From positions 1,260-65,259 of the forward strand of contig DASYVD010000004.1 in the NCBI GenBank assembly GCA_036000545.1: 64,000 nt of DNA. Reading direction: 5' to 3'. Source of the stretch: Actinomycetota bacterium (GTDB taxonomy: Bacteria > Actinomycetota > UBA4738 > CALAEC01). The notes beneath the pieces were generated by a model. It was not told the origin of the DNA. It made no database searches and was given only the letters and a program-made list of their open reading frames with translations. Made by a program: the position numbers and the translations under genes. Positions 19,693-29,725 of the stretch are shown piece by piece (position 1 is the stretch's first letter; the number at the start of each line of letters is the position of its first letter).

Positions 19693-20325
19693 CTAACCCA
19701 AGAGCGTCCTCAGCTCCTCCGCGGGGATGGCGCCTTCCCGGAGGATCTGCGGCTCCGGTCTCGAAAGGTCCACCACGCTCGACGCAACGGCGCCAACAGG
19801 TCCGGCGCACAGGTATACCGCCACCGCCTGACCGAACAGGGACCGGACGCCCGGGCAGTCGGACGGCGTCGGCCCTCCGGATAGATTCGCGCTCGTCACG
19901 GCGAGCGGGCCGGTGATTCTCAACAGATCGAGGGCCAGGGGATGATCGGGCACACGAACACCGACAGTGCTCCTCTCGTCACCGAGGTCCCATCGCCTCG
20001 AAAGCTCGCTCCTCGGAAGCACGAGGGTCAGTCCGCCCGGCCAGAACCTGTCCCCGAGGCCGCGGGCCCGGTCGTCGAGGACGCCCACTCGAGCGGCGTC
20101 CTCCACGCTGGCGGCGAGCACCGGGAGGGTCAGGTCTCGGGAACGGCGCTTCGCGGAGAATAGGGCCGCTGTGGCCTTCTTGCGGTCTGGTCGGGCGCCG
20201 ATCCCGTAGACGGTATCGGTCGGCACGACCACGAGCTCGCCCGCCTTCAGTGCCTGAGCCGCCGCGTCCATCGCCGTCTCGAGGTCCTGTTGGTCCGCTC
20301 CGGTCAGCTCGAACAGCTCGCTCAC
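19693..20325 (-). CDS. tsaC: L-threonylcarbamoyladenylate synthase (TsaC/YrdC family)
   Basis: The YrdC core reads GELVVVPTDTVYGIGARPD ... LAVTSANLSGGPTPSD. The start was trimmed to a GTG abutting the prmC stop. The longer ORF 19693..20466 overlaps prmC by 144 nt and has a G/R-rich N-terminus. Confidence 0.7.
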   Translation of the reverse strand: MSELFELTGADQQDLETAMDAAAQALKAGELVVVPTDTVYGIGARPDRKKATAALFSAKRRSRDLTLPVLAASVEDAARVGVLDDRARGLGDRFWPGGLTLVLPRSELSRRWDLGDERSTVGVRVPDHPLALDLLRITGPLAVTSANLSGGPTPSDCPGVRSLFGQAVAVYLCAGPVGAVASSVVDLSRPEPQILREGAIPAEELRTLLG

Positions 20326-21164
20326 CGGCTCACCCGAGGGAGCCGTCCCCGGACCACCCGGTCCCGCCCGGCCAGGTCCGGCAACACCTCGACCGCCTCG
20401 AACCGCTTCCCCACGATCGCCATTACCTCGTGTCCTTGCGCCGCGCCGACCTCTACCACTAGCCACCCGCCGGGGCGGAGCCAGGCCGGCGCCTCGGCCG
20501 TGAGGCGGCGGTGCACGTCCGTTCCGCCGACCAGGGCGTCGTACGGCTCCGCCTTCACCTCCTCCGGGAGGGAGTCGTACTCCTCGCGCGTCACGTACGG
20601 CGGGTTGCTCACCACGAGGTCCATGTGTCCTCGGACGTCCTGGGGAAGCGGAGACAGGAGGTCACCGTGGAGGACGGTGAGCTCGAGGGTGTGGCGAGAG
20701 GCGTTCGCCTTGGCCACCGCCACGGCGTCCTCGGAGACGTCGGTCGCGTAGACCGAGGCGTCGGGACGCCGGCGCTTGATCGCCAGGGCCACGGCGCCCG
20801 TGCCCGTGCCGACGTCGGCGACGAGCGGCGCCTCGGTCCCATCCAGGGCTTCGAGCGCTCGCTGCACGACCGTCTCGGTTTCCGGCCGCGGCACGAACAC
20901 CCCTGGCGCCACTCCTAGCACGAGGTCGAGGAACTGCTGCTCGCCGGTGAGGTACTGGAGAGGAACACCGTGGCACCGCTGGCACAGCGCCCGGCCGAAG
21001 AGCTTCGCGGTGCGAGTGTCGAGTCCCTGGGCCCGCGCGTAGAGGCCCGCCCGGTCCGTGCCGAGGAAATACTGGAGCAGCGCCTCCGCTGTCTCCCGGG
21101 GGCTCTCGACGCCATGGCGAGCGAGGTAGTCGGTCGCTCGCACGACGACCTCAGACGGCCTCAC
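20322..21164 (-). CDS. prmC: Release factor glutamine N5-methyltransferase
   Basis: It has the DVGTGTGAVALA SAM motif and the VSNPPYV (NPPY) catalytic motif. It lies immediately downstream of prfA. Confidence 0.8.
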   Translation of the reverse strand: MRPSEVVVRATDYLARHGVESPRETAEALLQYFLGTDRAGLYARAQGLDTRTAKLFGRALCQRCHGVPLQYLTGEQQFLDLVLGVAPGVFVPRPETETVVQRALEALDGTEAPLVADVGTGTGAVALAIKRRRPDASVYATDVSEDAVAVAKANASRHTLELTVLHGDLLSPLPQDVRGHMDLVVSNPPYVTREEYDSLPEEVKAEPYDALVGGTDVHRRLTAEAPAWLRPGGWLVVEVGAAQGHEVMAIVGKRFEAVEVLPDLAGRDRVVRGRLPRVSR

Positions 21165-21174
21165 GGCGATCGCC

Positions 21175-22254
21175 TCACCCGGCCGCGGCGAGCTGCTCGG
21201 CGCGCTCCTTGGCCGCCAGGGCGTCCACGAACTGGTCGAGGTCTCCCTCCAGGACTCCGGTCAGATCGTGCACCGTGAGCCCGATCCGATGGTCGGTCAC
21301 CCGGTTCTGGGGGAAGTTGTACGTCCGGATCTTCTCCGACCGCTCCCCCGTCCCGACCTGCGCCCGGCGCGCCTCGGCTTCCTCTCGCTGCTGGCGGTCC
21401 TGCTCCAGCTTGAGCAGCCGGGCCCGCAGGTACCGCATGGCCTTCTCCTTGTTCTGGAGCTGCGAGCGCTCCTCCTGGCAGGCCACCACGATGCGGGTGG
21501 GCTTGTGGGTGATCCGCACGGCCGAGTCCGTGGTGTTGACGGACTGCCCGCCGGGACCCGACGAGCGGTAGACATCGATCTCGATGTCCTCGGGACGGAT
21601 CTCGACATCGATGTCCTCCGCTTCGGGCAGCACGGCCACGGTCGCCGTGGACGTGTGGATCCGACCGCCCGACTCGGTCACCGGAATCCGTTGCACCCGA
21701 TGGACGCCCGACTCGTGCTTGAGCCGCGAGTACGCACGATCGCCCCGAACCTCGACGACGACCTCCTTGAACCCGCCCACGTCCGACGGGCTCGACGAGA
21801 GTACGTCCGTCTTCCACCGGTGGCGCTCGGCGAAACGCCGGTACATCTCGTAGAGGTCCGATGCGAACAACGCCGCCTCGTCTCCGCCCGCCCCCGCTCG
21901 GATCTCCAGCACGACATCCTTCTCGTCGTTGGGGTCCTTGGGGAGCAGCAGGACCTCCAGACGCTGCTCGAGATCGCGGGCCCGGACCGCGGACCGTTCC
22001 GCCTCTTCCCGGTAGTAGGACTGGGACTCGGGATCCCGCTCGTCGCGGGCCAGGGCCCGAGCTTCCTCCTCGTCGGCCATCGCTTTCCGCCAGTCGCGGT
22101 AGGCGGTGACGATCTCCTGGAGCTCGCTGTGGCGCCGCCCGAGATCGCGAATGCGGTTAGGGTCGGCCGCCACGTCCGGGGACGACAGCTGGCGGGTCAG
22201 CTCGTCGTAGCTGCCCTCTAGCTGGTCCAGGCGTTCCCTCAGCTTCTCGCGCAT
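21175..22254 (-). CDS. prfA: Peptide chain release factor 1
   Basis: It is 359 aa with the RF-1 PxT-type recognition motif (here PVT in [14 protein letters not shown]) and the [22 protein letters not shown] motif. Confidence 0.9.
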   Translation of the reverse strand: MREKLRERLDQLEGSYDELTRQLSSPDVAADPNRIRDLGRRHSELQEIVTAYRDWRKAMADEEEARALARDERDPESQSYYREEAERSAVRARDLEQRLEVLLLPKDPNDEKDVVLEIRAGAGGDEAALFASDLYEMYRRFAERHRWKTDVLSSSPSDVGGFKEVVVEVRGDRAYSRLKHESGVHRVQRIPVTESGGRIHTSTATVAVLPEAEDIDVEIRPEDIEIDVYRSSGPGGQSVNTTDSAVRITHKPTRIVVACQEERSQLQNKEKAMRYLRARLLKLEQDRQQREEAEARRAQVGTGERSEKIRTYNFPQNRVTDHRIGLTVHDLTGVLEGDLDQFVDALAAKERAEQLAAAG

Positions 22255-22415
22255 GGCGGTACCAATTCTCTCTTCCTCTGCCCCTCGCTTTCGGCGAGGC
22301 GCTTCGGCCAGGGAGGATGCAGCAGCCTGATTCCGCTCGGCTCCGCCTCGCGGGGCTGCCTGCCCCCCGGACCCCCTGAATTATCGGCGCTGGAAGGGGT
22401 GGTGGCCGGGAGGCG

Positions 22416-23390
22416 CTACGCAGGCCCGTCCGGGCGCTCGGGCTCGATGGGCCCGGCGGCAGGTTCCGCGGCTGCCTCGGCGACGGGTGGTGCGGGCGAG
22501 GCCGCCGGGCCGCCCGCCCCGACCTCGCGCTCCCTGCGGAGCACTTCGTTGAAGGAGGCGATAGCCACTTCGATCTGGGTCAGCGAGGGCGGCTGGGTGG
22601 TGATCTTCTGCAGCCACAGCCCGGGGGCCATCAGCGCCCGCATCACCGTTGAGGTCGAGTACCGGGCGCCCAGCCGGAGCGCCTCGAACGCCAGGCCGGC
22701 GATGATCGGGATGGCCACGATACGAGAGGCGATCCGCCACGGCAGCGTCGGCGTGCCGAAGAACGCGAACACGAAGATCGTTAGGACCATCACGATGAGC
22801 AGGAAGTTCGTCCCGCACCGGACGTGGAGCGTGGAGAACTGGTCCACCCGCTCCGGGTCGAGCTCCTCTCCGTGCTCGTAGGCGGCGATAGTCTTGTGCT
22901 CGGCCCCGTGGTATTCGAACACCCGGCGGATCTCCCTCATCCGCCCGATCAGCCACAGGTACCCGAGGAACAAGAGCACGCGGAACACGCCCTCGGCGGC
23001 GTTCAGCAGGATCCCTGAGGGAACCTGCCGCTGGGCGTACCGGAACAGAACCGTGGGACCCACGATGAACACCGCGATGAAGATGGTGAACGCCACCACC
23101 ATGGACACGGCCATCTGCCGCGGCGTGAGCTTCTCCTCCTCCTCCACCGACTGATTGGCGGAGATCGTGAGGGCCTTCACGCCGATCCGGAGAGCCTGGC
23201 CAAGGGCGATGATCCCCCGGAGCCCGGGCTTGCGCAGGATGGGCCACCGCTCGGCGATCGATTCGATCCGGTGGGATTCAAGGTGGATCGAGGCGTCGGG
23301 ACGGCGAACGGCGACGGCCCACACGTCCCGACCGCGCATCATCACGCCCTCGAGGACGGCCTGCCCGCCGTAGTAGTGCTCCTGGGGCAT
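22416..23390 (-). CDS. DUF1385 domain membrane protein
   Basis: The conserved N-terminus is YYGGQAVLEGVMMRG, followed by a TM core. The start M21 has a GAGGAG RBS. The ORF-track extension was rejected. Confidence 0.75.
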   Translation of the reverse strand: MPQEHYYGGQAVLEGVMMRGRDVWAVAVRRPDASIHLESHRIESIAERWPILRKPGLRGIIALGQALRIGVKALTISANQSVEEEEKLTPRQMAVSMVVAFTIFIAVFIVGPTVLFRYAQRQVPSGILLNAAEGVFRVLLFLGYLWLIGRMREIRRVFEYHGAEHKTIAAYEHGEELDPERVDQFSTLHVRCGTNFLLIVMVLTIFVFAFFGTPTLPWRIASRIVAIPIIAGLAFEALRLGARYSTSTVMRALMAPGLWLQKITTQPPSLTQIEVAIASFNEVLRREREVGAGGPAASPAPPVAEAAAEPAAGPIEPERPDGPA

Positions 23391-23401
23391 CCTCGTGCTC
23401 C

Positions 23402-23775
23402 TCAGAACGTCGGGGGATCTCGGTGCCACCACTCGCGGAGGGAGCGACACCGCCCGTCATCGTCGAACTCCAGCACGAAGACTCCATCGGTCATGGTCCG
23501 GACGCCCGATGGGTCTCGCAGGATCGAAGCCGACCAATGGGCAACGGCTTCCCCGTCCCCGACAAGGAGGACTTCCGCTTCGAACGACACCTCCCGATGG
23601 CCGCCGGTGGCCTCGCCCCAGTACGCGCGGATCCGCTCACGCCCCCGCATGATCTCCTCGAAGGGCGTTTCCTGATACATCGCGTCCTCGGAGAAGATCG
23701 CGGCGGCGGCGTCCGGATCCTTCTTCTCCCAGGCTCGTCCGTATCGGGACAGCCAGCGCTCGACGTCCGTGCGAT
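23402..23775 (-). CDS. SnoaL-like (NTF2 superfamily) small protein; start codon unresolved
   Basis: A SnoaL-fold core of about 124 aa is present (VERWLSRYGRAWEKKDPDAAAAIFSEDAMYQE...HWSAS...VFVLEFDDDGRCRSLREWWHRD). No canonical in-frame start lies downstream of the rpmE stop, and the track ORF overlaps rpmE by 163 nt. Confidence 0.4.
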
Positions 23776-23982
23776 TCAGGATGTCTTCTGCCCGTAGCGA
23801 CGGCGGAACCGGTCCACCCGGCCGCCGGTGTCCACCAGCTTCTGCTTGCCCGTGTAGAACGGGTGGCAGTTCGAGCAGATCTCGACGTGTATCTCCGGCT
23901 TGGTGGCCCGGGTGGTGAACGTGTTGCCGCACGAGCACCGCACCGTGGCTTCCACGTACTCGGGATGGATCCCTTGCTTCAC
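23776..23982 (-). CDS. rpmE: 50S ribosomal protein L31 (zinc-ribbon form)
   Basis: It is 68 aa ([49 protein letters not shown]) with the CxxC...CxxC ribbon. Confidence 0.9.
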   Translation of the reverse strand: MKQGIHPEYVEATVRCSCGNTFTTRATKPEIHVEICSNCHPFYTGKQKLVDTGGRVDRFRRRYGQKTS

Positions 23983-24005
23983 TTAACTCACACTCCTCTT
24001 CTTGC

Positions 24006-24221
24006 TCAGCTGTAGGAGAGCCCGTAGTCCTCCATCAGACCCTCCACGTACCTGTGGAAATGCAGATGGTCGCTCTTGTATTCCCGCTCTTCGCCGTCCT
24101 TCTCCACCACGACGACATCGAACGGGCCGCCGGGCGAGTCGCGATCCTCCGTGAGCCGGACAGGTTTCCAGCCCTCCTCGATCGCGTCCCGAAGCTCCAC
24201 CAGCGTCGGGTCGTCACCCCA
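24006..24221 (-). CDS. Small hypothetical protein between rho and rpmE
   Basis: It is about 71 aa from a TTG after the rho stop (GWGDDPTLVELRDAIEEGWKPVRL...DVVVVEKDGEEREYKSDHLHFHRYVEGLMEDYGLSYS). The track ORF 24006..24368 overlaps rho. Confidence 0.3.
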   Translation of the reverse strand, partial: WGDDPTLVELRDAIEEGWKPVRLTEDRDSPGGPFDVVVVEKDGEEREYKSDHLHFHRYVEGLMEDYGLSYS

Positions 24222-24235
24222 GCCAGCCAAGGAAG

Positions 24236-25735
24236 CTAATCCCTCACAGGGGCCTTGGCGATCTCCTTGAGGAACTGCTCGTTCGACTTCGTGGACCGGA
24301 TCTTGTCGATGAGCATCTCGACCGCCGCGTTGGAGTCCAATGCGTGCAGCACCCGGCGGAGCCGCCACACGAGCGCCAGCTCCTCCTGGGCCATGAGGCG
24401 CTCCTCCTTGCGGGTACCGGAGGCCTCGATGTTGATGGCCGGGTAGATCCGCTTCTCGGCGAGGTTCCGGTCCAGCCGAAGCTCCATGTTCCCGGTGCCC
24501 TTGAACTCCTCGAAGATCTGGTCGTCCATCCGGGAGCCCGTCTCCACCAGGGTGCTGGCGATAATGGTCAGCGACCCGCCCTCCTCGATGTTCCGGGCGG
24601 CCCCGAAGAACCTTCTCGGGGGATAGAGGGCCGTGGAGTCGATACCCCCGGACAGGATCTTGCCCGAGGCGGGGGCGGACAGGTTGTACGCCCGGGCCAG
24701 CCGGGTGATGGAGTCGAGCAGGATGGCCACGTCGTTCCCCTGCTCCACCAGGCGCTTGGCCCGCTCCAGCACCAGCTCGGTGACCTGGATGTGCTGGTCG
24801 GGGGGCTTGTCGAAGGTCGAGTACACGACCTCCGCGGCCTCCACGGTCCGCTGCCAGTCGGTGACCTCCTCGGGCCGCTCATCGACCAGCAGCACCATCA
24901 CGTGGGTCTCGGGATTCGAATTGATGATGCCGTTGGCGATCTGCTTGAGGACCGTGGTCTTCCCGGCCTTCGGCGGAGACACGACCATCCCACGCTGGCC
25001 CTTCCCGATCGGGGCCACCAGGTCGATGATCCGCTCCGTGACCGCGAGCGGACCGTTCTCCAGGCGGAACCGCTCCTCGGGGAACAGCGGCGTCAGCTTC
25101 TCGAACTCGCGACGCCCCCGGGCCTCGTCGGGGCTGACCTGGTTGACCGTGTCGATCCGAAGCAGCGCCCAGTACTTCTCGTTGTCCTTGGGCGCCCGGA
25201 CGGCGCCGGTGATCTGGTCTCCCTTGCGCAGGCCAAACCGCCGGATCTGCGAGAGCGAAACGTAGATGTCGCCCTGGCTCGGCAGGTATCCCTGGGTGCG
25301 GAGGAACCCGTAGCCCTCCGGAAGGACGTCGAGGATCCCGGTTCGCACCGGCGCCTCGGCTAGCTCCTCCTCCGTGGCCTCACGCGGCCGTTCCCGGTCG
25401 CGATCGCGGCCACGCCGGCGCCGGCGGTCCCTGCCGCCGCGCTCCGGCCGGCCGCCCGTCTCCTCTTCCCGGGTCTCGGGAGCAGCCTCCGCCGTGGCCG
25501 TGCTACCGCGCCCCGACTCGGAGTTGGCCGTCCGGCTCGAGGGTGCGTCCACGGAGCTCCCGTCGGCCTCGCTCGGGGCTCGCTGCTGCCCGTTCACCTT
25601 GGTCAGGATGGCGTCGATAAGCTCGCTTTTCTTCAGCCGCTGGAAGCCCTCGACGCCGGCCGCCGCGGCGATCTCGTGCAGCTCGGTGAGAACCTTCTGC
25701 TCCAGGACCGATCTGTCGATCGTGCGTGAATCCAC
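24236..25735 (-). CDS. rho: Transcription termination factor Rho with an actinobacterial Arg/Asp/Glu-rich N-terminal insertion
   Basis: It is 499 aa with Walker [18 protein letters not shown] loops, and an RD/RE-rich insert ([21 protein letters not shown]). Confidence 0.9.
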   Translation of the reverse strand: MDSRTIDRSVLEQKVLTELHEIAAAAGVEGFQRLKKSELIDAILTKVNGQQRAPSEADGSSVDAPSSRTANSESGRGSTATAEAAPETREEETGGRPERGGRDRRRRRGRDRDRERPREATEEELAEAPVRTGILDVLPEGYGFLRTQGYLPSQGDIYVSLSQIRRFGLRKGDQITGAVRAPKDNEKYWALLRIDTVNQVSPDEARGRREFEKLTPLFPEERFRLENGPLAVTERIIDLVAPIGKGQRGMVVSPPKAGKTTVLKQIANGIINSNPETHVMVLLVDERPEEVTDWQRTVEAAEVVYSTFDKPPDQHIQVTELVLERAKRLVEQGNDVAILLDSITRLARAYNLSAPASGKILSGGIDSTALYPPRRFFGAARNIEEGGSLTIIASTLVETGSRMDDQIFEEFKGTGNMELRLDRNLAEKRIYPAINIEASGTRKEERLMAQEELALVWRLRRVLHALDSNAAVEMLIDKIRSTKSNEQFLKEIAKAPVRD

Positions 25736-25738
25736 CTC

Positions 25739-26404
25739 TTATGCTCCTTCCTTGCCCAACTTCTTCTTCAGCTCCGCCCAGTCCGACAGGAACTTCTCCA
25801 GCCCCACGTCGGTGAGCGGGTGTTTCACCAGCTTGGTGAACACGTCATACGGCATCGTCGCGATGTCCGCGCCGGACAGCGCCGCGTCGACGATGTGCAT
25901 TGGGTGGCGCAGGGATGCCGCGAGCACCTTCGTCTCGTACCCCTGGATCTCGTAGATATCACAGATCTGCCGCAGCGCGTGCATGCCATCCGCCGCCGCA
26001 TCGTCGATCCGGCCGAGGAACGGGGACACGATGTACGCCCCGATCTCCGCCGCCAGGATCGCCTGCGCGGGAGAGAACACTAGCGTGACGTTGATCCGAA
26101 CCCCGTCCCCGACCAAGCGCCTCCCCGCCTTGAGCCCGTCTGGGGTCATGGGCACCTTGACCACGGCGTTCGGGCCCATGGTGGCGAGGTACTTCCCCTC
26201 CTCGTACATCTTGTCGGCTTCGGGCTCTGTGGTCTCAAGCGAGACGTCGCCCTCGACCTCCGTCAGGATCTCCTTCCACAGCTGGACCGGGTCGGCCCTC
26301 TCCTTGCCCACCAGGGTCGGGTTGGTGGTGACCCCCGACAGCACACCCCACGAGTTGATCTCGCGGATCTCGTCGATGTTCGCCGTGTCGAGGAACAGCT
26401 TCAC
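25739..26404 (-). CDS. Fructose-6-phosphate aldolase / short transaldolase (Tal-FSA family)
   Basis: It is 221 aa (VKLFLDTANIDEIRE...VTTNPTL...FVSPFLGRIDD). The GTG start has an AAGGAGGG RBS 7 nt upstream and overlaps the upstream stop (GTGA). Confidence 0.8.
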   Translation of the reverse strand: MKLFLDTANIDEIREINSWGVLSGVTTNPTLVGKERADPVQLWKEILTEVEGDVSLETTEPEADKMYEEGKYLATMGPNAVVKVPMTPDGLKAGRRLVGDGVRINVTLVFSPAQAILAAEIGAYIVSPFLGRIDDAAADGMHALRQICDIYEIQGYETKVLAASLRHPMHIVDAALSGADIATMPYDVFTKLVKHPLTDVGLEKFLSDWAELKKKLGKEGA

Positions 26405-27384
26405 AGCGTCTTCCCTCCTTCGAACTCTGGCACGCGCATCGATTCCGCCCTGGGCCGGTGCGCTGCCGCCCACTCGGTGGCCCGCTCCACTACCAGGTCG
26501 ATCACGTCGGCGATCGTCTGGTCCAGGCTGTAGCTGGGAACGATCGGCCACCCATGTGAGAGCGCTTGGCTCTTGATGTACCGCTGCACCTTCCGGATGT
26601 TGTCGAAGCTCGCGAGGTAGTGGTCGAAGGGGCGGCGGGACGGCTCCATTGTACGGGCGATGAAGTGGCTCCGATGGACGTCCTCGTCCTCCACGGTGAT
26701 GACCATGGGGATGGGGGCCACGAAGTCTTCGAGGTCCGCGGTCTCCACGAACCCGGGGACCACGTGCGCTCCTTCGATCACAGTGCTTGATTTCCTGGAC
26801 CCTTCCACAGCCGCCCGCTCGATCAGGGCGTGGACTCCCACGGCGATCGCTGTGGTCTGCTCCCGGAACCCCACGATGACCTTGTCGGCCGGCCGCGGGG
26901 GAGGCTCCCGCAACGCGGAGTCGGCGTCGAACGACGACGTGTGCAGCGTGGGCATGAGCTTGTGAGAGAACAGAGCTCGCATGACCTCCCGGATGGAATC
27001 CGTAGCTACGACGCGGACGATGTCCATACGGTCCGCCACCTTGGTGGCTATGGTGGACTTCCCAACGCCGGTGGCTCCGCCGATCAGGATCACCAGGGGG
27101 ACGTCCAGGTCCGACACATTCTGCCAACGGATGAAGTTCTTGGCGTAGCGGTCCCCGGCCACTTCCTCAAGCACTTGAATGGCCACGTCCCGGAGCTCCT
27201 GCCTGGTTACGGAAGAAAATTGATGCTCCACGAGGTAGTCCTCGATCTTCTCGGCCACCTGGTACGCGCGGTAGGGCGTCATCCCGGTGACCATTACCTG
27301 GGAGGCCATCAGGCCCTTGGAGTAGGGGAGTCCTGGCTCCTGGTCGGAGATGACGACGTTCTGGGTCCGCTTCTTCTTCTTCAT
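26401..27384 (-). CDS. 2-phosphoglycerate kinase (archaeal-type, P-loop)
   Basis: It is 327 aa from MKKKKRTQNVVISDQEPGLPYSKG, with P-loop GGATGVGKST. This is the first step of cyclic 2,3-diphosphoglycerate synthesis and is directly upstream of cDPGS. Confidence 0.75.
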   Translation of the reverse strand: MKKKKRTQNVVISDQEPGLPYSKGLMASQVMVTGMTPYRAYQVAEKIEDYLVEHQFSSVTRQELRDVAIQVLEEVAGDRYAKNFIRWQNVSDLDVPLVILIGGATGVGKSTIATKVADRMDIVRVVATDSIREVMRALFSHKLMPTLHTSSFDADSALREPPPRPADKVIVGFREQTTAIAVGVHALIERAAVEGSRKSSTVIEGAHVVPGFVETADLEDFVAPIPMVITVEDEDVHRSHFIARTMEPSRRPFDHYLASFDNIRKVQRYIKSQALSHGWPIVPSYSLDQTIADVIDLVVERATEWAAAHRPRAESMRVPEFEGGKTL

Positions 27385-27403
27385 GTTGTCTCCGCGGCCG
27401 CGC

Positions 27404-28765
27404 TTAGCTCGATCCGGCGATGCGCCGGTCGCGTCCCTCACTCTCGGCGCGTTCCATCGCAGCCCGAGCCGCCTCCAGCAGGAGGTCGGGGAGCTGCCCG
27501 TCGCCCCCGAGCGTCTCCGCCCGGTTGTCGGCGAACACCACCTCGGCCCCCCGTGCCAGGGCCCGCTCGGCGGCCACGTCCACCGCCGCCGCTTTTAGCT
27601 CGGTGAGCAGGATCTCGAACGACGGAGCGCCGTCGAGGTCCTCGCCCACGCCATTACGGTCGGCCAGCCTGTGGGTCACGCCGACGACCTGGCAGCCGTG
27701 AGCCTCTTCCAGGTGCGAGGCTACGGATGCACCTACGTCGGGCGGAGCCGTGGTCGCGAAGTACACCTTCTTCCCCCTGACCTCGCGTAGCGGAACCGGC
27801 TTGAGCTCCGCCACGACTACCCGTGCATCAGGACGAAGCCTACGGATGTGGGATATCAGGATGGGAACGCGGCCCCCATCGGGGCCACTCCCCAATGTTA
27901 GCACGACCAGGTCTGAAAGCAATACTCGATACGGACCGAAGTAGCCGCCCAGATATTCCTCCGGTGAACCGGCTGAGGCCACCAGGACGCCAGCGTCCCA
28001 CGGCACGGGCGGGACGGCCGACCCACTCCCCTCCAGGATGACCAGGCCCGCCCCGGCTCGGACGGCCACCTGAGCAGCCTCGTGGACGTTCGAGGCGAAG
28101 GGAGCCCCGGCGAGCCCGCCGCCGACACGCCGGGCACCCACGGTGGTCACTCCGGTGGTCATGGCGTCCTCCAGGTAGTCACTGGCGGCGTGCTCCCCCC
28201 GCCGGGCCAGCTCCAGGAGCCGGTCGAGCCCCAGTGATCCGGCTTCCGCCACCTGAGGTTCGGGCGGTCCGCCCCGGCCCATCGCCACCACCACGGGGTC
28301 GAGCCCAGCCCTGGCTGTGACCCGGGCCGCCTCACCAGCGATGGCGGTCTTCCCGGTCCGCTTCCCGGTGCCGATGACCGCGAGAGTGGGCACGGCCAGG
28401 GGAGCGGCCGTGATGGGGGGCTCCAGGCGGAAGTCCGAGCCCACGTAGGGGATCCCGGCGGCCAGCGTCACCGCCGCCAACAGCATCCGTTCGCGGTAGC
28501 CGAGAACCGGCTCGTCCGACAGATCCAGCACGCCGTCCGGACGAACCTCCTCGAGGGCCCGGCGCAGCGCCGAACGGGGATCCTCTCCCCCGTCCAGCAC
28601 CGGCACGTCCCCCAGGTCGAGCCGCCGGTCTGCGCCGAGCTTCTCAGTGCCCCCCAGGAACAAACAGGCGACGACGTCGTACCCGAGGCTCTGCGCGGCG
28701 AAGAGTCCCCACCGCGTGGTGGGGGGGTAGTGTTCACCATCGACGAGCGCGAGCACCCTGTGCAT
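27404..28765 (-). CDS. Cyclic 2,3-diphosphoglycerate synthetase
   Basis: It is 453 aa (MHRVLALVDGEHYPPTTRWGLFAAQSLGYDVVACLFLGGTEKLG...VIGTGKRTGKTAIAGE). The cDPGS family size and motifs match, and the pairing with 2PGK matches the archaeal methanogen pathway. Confidence 0.75.
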   Translation of the reverse strand: MHRVLALVDGEHYPPTTRWGLFAAQSLGYDVVACLFLGGTEKLGADRRLDLGDVPVLDGGEDPRSALRRALEEVRPDGVLDLSDEPVLGYRERMLLAAVTLAAGIPYVGSDFRLEPPITAAPLAVPTLAVIGTGKRTGKTAIAGEAARVTARAGLDPVVVAMGRGGPPEPQVAEAGSLGLDRLLELARRGEHAASDYLEDAMTTGVTTVGARRVGGGLAGAPFASNVHEAAQVAVRAGAGLVILEGSGSAVPPVPWDAGVLVASAGSPEEYLGGYFGPYRVLLSDLVVLTLGSGPDGGRVPILISHIRRLRPDARVVVAELKPVPLREVRGKKVYFATTAPPDVGASVASHLEEAHGCQVVGVTHRLADRNGVGEDLDGAPSFEILLTELKAAAVDVAAERALARGAEVVFADNRAETLGGDGQLPDLLLEAARAAMERAESEGRDRRIAGSS

Positions 28766-28806
28766 GTCGCGATTCGACTCCAGCCGGGCTTCGACCCCCT
28801 GGACCC

Positions 28807-29673
28807 CTAGTCCGTCGGAAGCGGCGCGCCCTGCGATTCGTCGTCGGGCGAACCCTCGCCGGACGACGAACTCAGCGGCGAGTCCGAGAGCCTATGACCG
28901 ATGGGCTCCTGGACCAGGTTCTCCAGCTCCCTGTAGTACTGCTGCCCCGTCGACATGGAGAAATGTGCGATCCGCGTCGACGCTCCGAACGGGAACTTGC
29001 GGAAGATCTTCAGCTCGTCACCATCAAGCTCGACGACGTTGTAACAGGGGCGAGTATGCCCTCGGAGGCGGAGCGAGGAGCAGGTGCCGGCGTTCACGAT
29101 GTAGAGGTTCTCCAAGCGCCACACGTACGGCACGTGCTTGTGCCCCGAGAGCACCAGGTTCACCCCATTCCCAATCAGGATCTCCAGGAGGTCGCCCGCG
29201 TCCATGACCGTGTTGCGCTCGCGGCCTGTGCCGGGGATCGGGATCAGGTGATGGTGCAGAGCAAACACCTTGAGGTCCGCTTGCCCGGCGAACTGCTCCG
29301 CGATCCACGGGTACCGCTCCCGGCCGATCTGTCCCTCGTCGAGGTCGGGCTCGCTGGAGTCCGCCCCCACAACCCGGACCCCTTTCACGTTCGCTCCCCA
29401 GAACCGGGGCCCAATGAGCTCCTCGAAGTGCACGTACCCCACGTTGCGGGCGTCGTGGTTACCCGGGATCGAGTACACGGGGGCAGTGATCCGCTCGAGG
29501 TACGCCACCGCGGTCTTGAACTCCTGGCGATACCCGAAATTGGTGAAGTCGCCCGTGATCACAACGGCGTCGGGCTGGAGCTCGTTGAGCTCCACGATGA
29601 CCCGGTTCATCAGGTTGGGAACGAAGTATGGCGAGCCGACATGGAGGTCGGAGATGTGAGCGATGGTGACCAC
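28807..29673 (-). CDS. Metallophosphoesterase (calcineurin-like)
   Basis: The motifs are ISDLHVG, GDFTNFG, GNHD and ALHHHL. Confidence 0.75.
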   Translation of the reverse strand: MVTIAHISDLHVGSPYFVPNLMNRVIVELNELQPDAVVITGDFTNFGYRQEFKTAVAYLERITAPVYSIPGNHDARNVGYVHFEELIGPRFWGANVKGVRVVGADSSEPDLDEGQIGRERYPWIAEQFAGQADLKVFALHHHLIPIPGTGRERNTVMDAGDLLEILIGNGVNLVLSGHKHVPYVWRLENLYIVNAGTCSSLRLRGHTRPCYNVVELDGDELKIFRKFPFGASTRIAHFSMSTGQQYYRELENLVQEPIGHRLSDSPLSSSSGEGSPDDESQGAPLPTD

Positions 29674-29725
29674 GGTGCAGTTAGTTTACCCCTCGCTTTC
29701 CTCGCTTATCCGCCGTCGTGGGAGG

